Below, piece after piece: positions 54,085 through 64,000 of a stretch of DNA of 64,000 nt (the stretch's first letter is position 1; every line of letters starts with the position of its first letter). This DNA comes from Rudaea sp. GTDB lineage: Bacteria; Pseudomonadota; Gammaproteobacteria; Xanthomonadales; Rhodanobacteraceae. A program made the position numbers and the translations under genes. The notes under the pieces were generated by a model. That model ran no database searches, was not told the DNA's origin, and worked only from the letters and a program-made list of their open reading frames with translations. The stretch covers positions 10,629-74,628 of the forward strand of contig JANWJJ010000128.1 in the NCBI GenBank assembly GCA_025451955.1, given 5' to 3'.

Positions 54085-55140
54085 ATGAGCGACACAAAAT
54101 CCACGCCCGATTGGTCGAAGGATTGGCAGGCATTGCAAAGCCAGTACTGGAGCGCGTGGTCGGATGCGACGCGCCAGGCACAGGCGCAAACCCAGGGGCA
54201 AAACCCGGAGGCCGCCGTGCCGTGGCAGCAAGGGCTGGAGCAGTGGTCGCGGATGTTCGGCGACTCCGGCAAGCAGAACGAGACCGCCGAGCGCGTGATG
54301 GCGAGCGCCAAGGGTTATGTCGCCTTGATGCAGTCGATGCTGGCTACCGCCACCGGCAAAAATGCCGATGTCGGTCCACTGCAAGCATGGACCGAAGCGA
54401 TGCGTGGCGGCTTCAATCTGCCTGATCTCGACGCTGCATTGCGCAACAATCCGCTAGCCGCGATGCTGCGTTCCATCCCGGGGCAGGGCGCGCAAAGTTT
54501 CGAGCAACTCTCCGCCAGTTTCGCACCCTTCCTCGCACAGATGAAACAGGACGGAATGTCCTGGCTGCAGACTCCGGCATTCGGCTACGCGCGCGAACAG
54601 CAGGAGCATAGGCAGAAAGCGGTCGTGGCCTTCGTGGAATTCCAGGAAGCGATCAAGCAGTACAACGCACTGATCCTGAAATCCAGTCAACGCAGTTTTG
54701 CGATCTTTGAGGACAAGCTGGCCGCGCGTTCCGAGCCGGGGCGCCAGATCGATTCGATGCGCGGACTGTACGATCTGTGGGTGGATGCCGCCGAAGAAGC
54801 CTACGCGGAAATCGCGCTGTCGGAAGAATTTCGCAAGGTTTACGGCAGCGTGGTGAATGCACAGATGCGCGTGCGCAGCCATGTGCAGCAGGAAGTCGAA
54901 CGCATTGGCACCGATCTGGGCATGCCGACGCGCACGGAACTGAACAGTGTACACAAGCGCTTGCACGAATTGCGACGCGCCGGCAAGGCCTCCGGTGGGC
55001 AAGACCTTGCGGCCTTGCAGAGCGAGGTCGTGCAGCTGCGCGCTGAAGTGGCTGCGCTGGAGAAACCGCAGGCGAGTGCGCCGAAGCGCACTGTACCTGC
55101 GAAGAAAAAGGCCGTAAAGACGTCCAAACAGAAACGCTGA
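54085..55140 (+). CDS. phaE: Class III PHA synthase subunit PhaE
   Basis: PAFG..RE.QE, LYDLWVDAAEEAY, GMPTR.ELNSVH.RLHELRR; precedes phaC. Confidence 0.92.
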   Translation: MSDTKSTPDWSKDWQALQSQYWSAWSDATRQAQAQTQGQNPEAAVPWQQGLEQWSRMFGDSGKQNETAERVMASAKGYVALMQSMLATATGKNADVGPLQAWTEAMRGGFNLPDLDAALRNNPLAAMLRSIPGQGAQSFEQLSASFAPFLAQMKQDGMSWLQTPAFGYAREQQEHRQKAVVAFVEFQEAIKQYNALILKSSQRSFAIFEDKLAARSEPGRQIDSMRGLYDLWVDAAEEAYAEIALSEEFRKVYGSVVNAQMRVRSHVQQEVERIGTDLGMPTRTELNSVHKRLHELRRAGKASGGQDLAALQSEVVQLRAEVAALEKPQASAPKRTVPAKKKAVKTSKQKR

Positions 55141-55147
55141 GGCAAGC

Positions 55148-56212
55148 ATGGGCCCGATCAAGATCGATCCGCAAAAGGCACTGGATGAAGCGCTACGCTT
55201 CAACCGCAAGCTCGCCGCAGGATTCCAATCCCTGCGTTCGCTCGATGAAGTCGACTACGGCGCCACGCCGAAGGAAGAGGTTTACCGCGAGGACAAGCTG
55301 GTCGTCTATCGCTTCAAGGGCAAGGACAAGCCGACGGCCAAGACGCCAATCCTGATTGTCTACGCCCTGGTCAACCGGCCGTACATGGTCGATTTGCAGG
55401 ACGACCGTTCGCTGGTCAAGAATCTGCTGGCGCAAGGCGAAGATGTTTACCTGATCGATTGGGGTTACCCAGATCAATCCGATCGTTACCTTACTCTCGA
55501 TGATTACATCAACGGCTTCATCGATCGCTGTGTCGATGCCGTGGCCAAACGCCACAAGCTGGCAAAAATCAACCTGCTCGGCATTTGCCAGGGCGGTGCG
55601 TTCAGCCTGTGCTACGCCGCGACCCATCAGCACAAGATTCGCAACCTGATCACGATGGTCACGCCGGTGGATTTCCATACGCCGGACAATATGCTTTCGC
55701 ATTGGACGCGCGGCATGGATGTGGATTTGTTTGTTGATACGCTGGGCAATGTACCGGCCGATCTGATGAACTGGTGTTACCTCACGCTCAAGCCGGTGCG
55801 ACTGTTCCAGCAGAAGTACATCGGTCTGGTCGATATTCTAGACGACAAGGTCGAGCTCGAGAATTTCTTGAGAATGGAAAAGTGGATTTTCGACAGTCCT
55901 GACCAGGCTGGCGAAGCCTTCCGCCAATTCATCAAGGATTTCTATCAGGCTAACAAGCTGATCAACGGCGGTTTGAAGATCGGCGACAAGGACGTGAGCC
56001 TGAAAAACGTCACGATGCCGATCCTGAACATCTTTGCCGAGCAGGATCATCTGGTACCACCGTCGGCGTCGCGGCCACTCAAGCAGCACGCCGGCACCAA
56101 GGATTACACCGAGCTCGCGTTCAAGGGCGGCCATATCGGCATTTACGTTTCCGGCCGCGCCCAGCGCGAAGTACCGAGCGCAATCCATGACTGGCTCAAA
56201 GCACGCGCCTGA
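55148..56212 (+). CDS. phaC: Class III PHA synthase subunit PhaC
   Basis: YALVNRPYM.DLQ, lipase box GICQGG, MEKWIFDSPDQ, DHLVPP, GGHIG. Confidence 0.96.
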   Translation: MGPIKIDPQKALDEALRFNRKLAAGFQSLRSLDEVDYGATPKEEVYREDKLVVYRFKGKDKPTAKTPILIVYALVNRPYMVDLQDDRSLVKNLLAQGEDVYLIDWGYPDQSDRYLTLDDYINGFIDRCVDAVAKRHKLAKINLLGICQGGAFSLCYAATHQHKIRNLITMVTPVDFHTPDNMLSHWTRGMDVDLFVDTLGNVPADLMNWCYLTLKPVRLFQQKYIGLVDILDDKVELENFLRMEKWIFDSPDQAGEAFRQFIKDFYQANKLINGGLKIGDKDVSLKNVTMPILNIFAEQDHLVPPSASRPLKQHAGTKDYTELAFKGGHIGIYVSGRAQREVPSAIHDWLKARA

Positions 56213-56236
56213 GATCGATTACGCGGGGAGACGCGC

Positions 56237-56554
56237 ATGAACGAAGTGCTGTTCCATATCCACAATATCGGCGTCACGCCGTGGAAACTCGTCGGCTATC
56301 TCGGTGTGTTCCTGTTCACCAGTCGTTGGTTCGTGCAGATGTACGCGACCAAGAAGCTCAAGCGCGTACACATGCCGACGTCGTTCTGGTGGCTGTCGGT
56401 TTCCGGCAGCATTCTGCTCGTCAGCTATTTCATTTTCGGCAAGAACGATTCGGTCGGCATCATCTCGAATCTGTTTCCCGCCTTCGTCTCGGTCTACAAC
56501 ATCGTTGTCGATATGCGCCATCGCAAGACAGCGATGACGACTGATCCTGCCTGA
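56237..56554 (+). CDS. Small membrane protein, LAB_N (lipid A biosynthesis N-terminal) domain
   Basis: G..G..LF..RWFVQ, P..FWWLS..GS..L..Y, DSV.I. Confidence 0.75.
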   Translation: MNEVLFHIHNIGVTPWKLVGYLGVFLFTSRWFVQMYATKKLKRVHMPTSFWWLSVSGSILLVSYFIFGKNDSVGIISNLFPAFVSVYNIVVDMRHRKTAMTTDPA

Positions 56555-56560
56555 GATCCG

Positions 56561-60304
<3,744 letters not shown>

Positions 60305-60320
60305 GACGGTTTCCGTAAGA

Positions 60321-60433
60321 CGTCATTCCGGCATGGATTGCCGGAATCCAGGTGCCATGGAAGGCAATCCATCAGGTCGGTGCAGATCGGCATCCTTGCA
60401 GTCTGGATCCCGGCAGTCCATGCCGGGATGACA
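60321..60433. repeat. REP doublet (family A), ArsR regulator-metH
   Basis: cgtcattccggcatggattgccggaatccag ... ctggatcccggcagtccatgccgggatgac. Confidence 0.92.
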
Positions 60434-60446
60434 GGCGAATTCGTTG

Positions 60447-61382
60447 TCATTTTGTCCGCGGTTTTCTGGCGAGCAGGTTCAACACTTCAAAATGCGGCGG
60501 CCGGCGTTCGCGCGTGATGCGTTCGCAGCCGAGGACTTTCAGTCCGGCCTTGCGCGCGAACTCGCGCAGTTCCTCGACGCGAAAACCGAGATTGCGATGG
60601 TCGAACGGCGCGACCACGGCACGGTGCGCGTGCCGGCCCAGAGTGTTGACCAGCAGGCGGCCACCGGGCTTGAGTACGTGTGCGGCTTGCGCAATCGCCT
60701 GTGCCGGCAGTTCGCTATACGTCAGCGCGTGCATCAGTAGCACCAGATCGAAACGTTTTGACCCGAGATTTAATGCATGCATATCGCCGGCTTTCACCTC
60801 GACATTGCGAAATGGTTTCAGACGCGTGCGCGCAGCGGCAATCACGCGTTCGCTGGCATCAACGCAGAGGATGGACTTCGCATGTGGCGCCAACAGTTCG
60901 GCAAGTACGCCGTCGCCCGAGGCGATGTCGAGTACGTCGCCGCAATCGACCAGACTGGTCATGGCGCGCGCCAGCGCTTCCCAGGTGCGTCCGGGCGAGT
61001 AGTGCCGTTCCATGTCGCCGGCGACAGTATCGGCCCAGCCTTCGGCGCGCGCGCGTTGCGCGAGAATGGTGGGCAACCGGTGAATATCGTCGGCGATCAG
61101 GGCATCGTCGACATGCTCGCGCAAGGCGCCCAGCAAAGCCGCGGATTTCGCATCCAGATCGGAATTGCAGCGATAATAGGCCGACACGCCGGCGCGGCGA
61201 TCGCGCACCAGGCCGGCTTCCTTGAGCTTGGCCAGATGCGTGGATACGCGCGGCTGCGCCAGCCGCAGTATGGTGGACAATTCGGCAACGGTGAGTTCTT
61301 CGCGTTCGAGCAGGGCAAGCAGACGTACCCGGGTCGGATCGGAAAGCAGGCGCAGCAAGGCCGATGTGGCCGCCAGATTCAA
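60447..61382 (-). CDS. ArsR-HTH + SAM-methyltransferase-domain regulator (SahR/SamR type)
   Basis: DPTRVRLL, QPRVSTHL, YSPGRTWE, VLDIASGDG; upstream of metH; TTG start with AAAGGA SD. Confidence 0.88.
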   Translation of the reverse strand: MNLAATSALLRLLSDPTRVRLLALLEREELTVAELSTILRLAQPRVSTHLAKLKEAGLVRDRRAGVSAYYRCNSDLDAKSAALLGALREHVDDALIADDIHRLPTILAQRARAEGWADTVAGDMERHYSPGRTWEALARAMTSLVDCGDVLDIASGDGVLAELLAPHAKSILCVDASERVIAAARTRLKPFRNVEVKAGDMHALNLGSKRFDLVLLMHALTYSELPAQAIAQAAHVLKPGGRLLVNTLGRHAHRAVVAPFDHRNLGFRVEELREFARKAGLKVLGCERITRERRPPHFEVLNLLARKPRTK

Positions 61383-61395
61383 GAGGTATCCTTTC

Positions 61396-61448
61396 ATCTT
61401 GATTGAAAGATAGATGGCTAGAATAGCGGCGTGGCGCGATAGCGTCAA
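61396..61448 (-). promoter_or_regulatory. sigma70 promoter plus 16-bp palindromic operator candidate
   Basis: Minus strand TTGACG-N17-TATTCT (61448-61420); ATCTT-N6-AAGAT at 61396-61411. Confidence 0.65.
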
Positions 61449-62311
61449 TGCCGCAAGCCATTGGCTCGCAACAAGGCGTAACGATTTTGACGAAACAGTT
61501 GCTGAAAATTGCCGTTACCCTTGCCGCGATGGTGTGCGCCTTCGATTTGGCATGGGCCGACGTCGATTTGAAAGCGTTGGCGAAATACTGGACACCGGAC
61601 GCGCTGCATGTGCCGTACCGCGCCATTGTCACGCCCGGACGCGAGCACGGCGAATTGCTGCCGTTGATCATGTTTCTACACGGCGATTATCAGGATGGCG
61701 ACGACGACGAATCGCAACTGGCCGGCTACGGCAATGGCTCGATGCTGCTGCTTGACCGCGCGATCCGCGGTAATATTCCACTTGTATATATTGCGCCACA
61801 GACCACGGGCGCGTATTGGCCGCCGACGCGGGTGGCGGCGGTGGTGCGTGATGCATTGGCGCGCTTTCCGATCGATCCGCGCCGAATCTATCTCACCGGA
61901 ATTTCCGACGGCGCCACCGGCGTATGGGATGCACTCAAGACCTGGCCCGCGTGTTTCGCTGCCGGCGTGCCGATGTCGGGCATGACCGAGCTGGCCGGTT
62001 TGGCGTCGACGATGGATGTGCCGCTGTGGGCATTTCACGGTGCGAAGGACAACGATACCGACGTCGAAACCGGCTACGACGGCGCGATGGTTGGCTCGCG
62101 CGCGGTGGTGCGCGCGCTGCGCGCGATGGGTGGGACACCGCGCTACACCGAATACCCGAACGAGCTGCATGTGATCTGGCATCAAGCCTATTCCACGCCC
62201 GGGTTGCTGCCGTGGCTGCTCGATCAGCGCTTGCACCATGCGCCTTGCGATTTCAGCGATCTGCCGCCGCCGGGCTCGTTGACAGCGGCGGGACCGCGCC
62301 GAAACCGGTAG
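61448..62311 (+). CDS. Secreted alpha/beta-hydrolase (predicted peptidase/esterase)
   Basis: PLIMFLHG, IDPRRIYLTGISDG (GxSxG), WAFHGAKD, YTEYP...H.IW; true start probably later (TTG 61487). Confidence 0.82.
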   Translation: MPQAIGSQQGVTILTKQLLKIAVTLAAMVCAFDLAWADVDLKALAKYWTPDALHVPYRAIVTPGREHGELLPLIMFLHGDYQDGDDDESQLAGYGNGSMLLLDRAIRGNIPLVYIAPQTTGAYWPPTRVAAVVRDALARFPIDPRRIYLTGISDGATGVWDALKTWPACFAAGVPMSGMTELAGLASTMDVPLWAFHGAKDNDTDVETGYDGAMVGSRAVVRALRAMGGTPRYTEYPNELHVIWHQAYSTPGLLPWLLDQRLHHAPCDFSDLPPPGSLTAAGPRRNR

Positions 62312-62333
62312 AATTCGCGTGAGTGCGGTTGCT

Positions 62334-62418
62334 CGTTATTCCGGAGAAAGCCGGAATCCAGTGTCTTTTCTGGGCGTCCTGCCTCCTGGATTCCGTCCAA
62401 TCCCTGGTCGGAATGACG
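62334..62418. repeat. Degenerate REP doublet (family A variant)
   Basis: cgttattccggagaaagccggaatccag ... ctggattccgtccaatccctggtcggaatgacg. Confidence 0.8.
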
Positions 62419-62461
62419 ATGCTACTGAATCTTTGCGTTCGCGTGCCGCCAAGGAGCAATC

Positions 62462-63610
62462 ATGGATTTCCGTTTCAGCGAAGACCAGCTTTCCATTCAG
62501 TCCATCGCGCGCGATTTTGCGCAAAAACGCATCGCGCCGGTTGCGGCGGATTTCGACAAGAGCGGTGAATTTCCACTGGCGAATATCCAGGAAATGGGTC
62601 AGCTCGGTCTGATGGGCATCGAGGTGCCGACCGAATACGGCGGCGCCGGCATGGATTCCATCGCTTATGTACTGGCGATGATCGAGATCGCCACGGCCGA
62701 CTGCGCGCACTCGACCATCATGTCGGTGAACAACACGTTGTATTGCAACGGCCTGCTCAAGTTCGGCAACGAGACGCAGAAGCACAAGTACGTCACGCCG
62801 ATTGCGACCGGTCAGGCCATCGGCGCGTTTGCGCTGACTGAACCGCAGTCCGGTTCCGATGCCACCGCGATGCGTTGCCGTGCAGTCAAGCAGGCCGATG
62901 GCAGCTTCGTCATCAACGGCAAGAAAAGCTGGATCACATCAGGCCCGGTGGCAAAGTATATTTTGCTGTTCGCGATGTCTGATCCGGACAAGCACGCGCG
63001 CGGCATCACTGCCTTCATGATCGACACCGGACGCGCCGGTTTCCATCGTGGCAAGACCGAACCGAAACTCGGCATTCGCGCTTCGGCCACTTGCGAAATC
63101 GAATTCACCGATTACCACGCGAGCGCCGATGAGGTGATCGGCGACGAAGGCCATGGTTTCAAGATCGCAATGGGCGTGCTTGACGCTGGCCGCATCGGCA
63201 TTGCCTCGCAGGCCGTCGGCCTGGCGCGTGCGGCTTATCAGGCGACGCTGACTTACGCGACCGACCGCAAGGCCTTCGGCCAGTCGATCGGCTCGTTCCA
63301 GATGATCCAGCAGAAAATCGCCGACATGAAATGTAAGCTCGACGCCGCGGAAATTCTCACCCTGCGTGCGGCCTGGACCAAGCAGCAAGGCGGGCGTTTC
63401 TCCACCGAAGCCGCAGTCGCCAAGCTCACCGCATCCGAAGCCGCGATGTGGATCACGCACCAAGCCGTGCAGATTCACGGCGGCATGGGCTATTCCAAGG
63501 AAATGCCGCTGGAACGCTATTTCCGCGATGCCAAGATCACCGAGATTTACGAAGGCACCAGCGAAATCCAGCGCCTCGTCATCGCGCGCAACGAGACGGG
63601 GTTGCGCTGA
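62462..63610 (+). CDS. Acyl-CoA dehydrogenase
   Basis: FALTEPQSGSD, NGKKSWIT, GRIGIA, QIHGGMGY, IYEGTSEIQR. Confidence 0.95.
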   Translation: MDFRFSEDQLSIQSIARDFAQKRIAPVAADFDKSGEFPLANIQEMGQLGLMGIEVPTEYGGAGMDSIAYVLAMIEIATADCAHSTIMSVNNTLYCNGLLKFGNETQKHKYVTPIATGQAIGAFALTEPQSGSDATAMRCRAVKQADGSFVINGKKSWITSGPVAKYILLFAMSDPDKHARGITAFMIDTGRAGFHRGKTEPKLGIRASATCEIEFTDYHASADEVIGDEGHGFKIAMGVLDAGRIGIASQAVGLARAAYQATLTYATDRKAFGQSIGSFQMIQQKIADMKCKLDAAEILTLRAAWTKQQGGRFSTEAAVAKLTASEAAMWITHQAVQIHGGMGYSKEMPLERYFRDAKITEIYEGTSEIQRLVIARNETGLR

Positions 63611-63648
63611 TTCTGTTGACCTGCGGCACCAACGGTTGCTTTTTTACC

Positions 63649-63951
63649 TTATTGCCAGCGGCTTTTCTTGCCTGGGGGACGACCTCGGCGAGGCGAAGTG
63701 CGTGGCTGCAGCAACGCTCTCTCCAGATCCAGCTTTTCAGCCTCCTTCAAGAGTTGCCACGTTGGCAGCTTCAATCCTCTGGCGACATGTTCGAGCGTTT
63801 GCAGGGTCAAGTTATGCCCACGTTCAATGCGGCCGTAAAAGGCGCGATGAAAATCGAGTTCGTCGGCGAACGCTTCCTGGCTGGTTCCAGCTTTCTCGCG
63901 ACGACGGCAAATTACATAGGCGAGTCGAAATTGCAGAGTATCTTGGGTCAT
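63649..63951 (-). CDS. XRE-family HTH transcriptional regulator
   Basis: RRREKAGTSQEAFA, YGRIERG..NLTL.TL..VA.GL. Confidence 0.85.
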   Translation of the reverse strand: MTQDTLQFRLAYVICRRREKAGTSQEAFADELDFHRAFYGRIERGHNLTLQTLEHVARGLKLPTWQLLKEAEKLDLERALLQPRTSPRRGRPPGKKSRWQ

Positions 63952-64000
63952 GGTTAGCACCCTAGAAATCTGCCGATAGCTAAGTGATATCGCGTTAATT

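Overview
A 64-kb, GC-rich core-chromosome window. Gene content and order suggest a Xanthomonadales bacterium, probably Rhodanobacteraceae (inference). It carries recR-HIT, a Pho-boxed GT4/PAP2 pair, a MoxR-DUF58-transglutaminase triad, yceD-rpmF-fabHDG-acpP-fabF-pabBC-mltG-tmk-holB-pilZ, glmM, tpiA-secG-tRNA-Leu, nuoA-N, tRNA-fMet-rimP-nusA-infB-rbfA-truB-rpsO-pnp, phaE-phaC, metH with its ArsR-methyltransferase regulator and an acyl-CoA dehydrogenase. The unusual material is non-coding. (1) A 1,067-nt group II intron (50351-51417) sits between the rpsO promoter and the rpsO leader. It has a long 5' extension, exon-binding sites that match its insertion site, intact domains V/VI and no reverse transcriptase, and it keeps an open frame for only the HNH nuclease domain. 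(2) Eight REP-doublet (REPIN-like) elements lie in operon junctions. Five are spanned by short ORFs that start at or near the upstream stop, and three of these close in an ATGA overlap on the next gene, like translational bridges. (3) Two repeat families carry CANGGANG hairpin loops (the CsrA/RsmA consensus), three copies directly against ribosome-binding sites. All structure calls were made by eye; no searches or folding programs were run.
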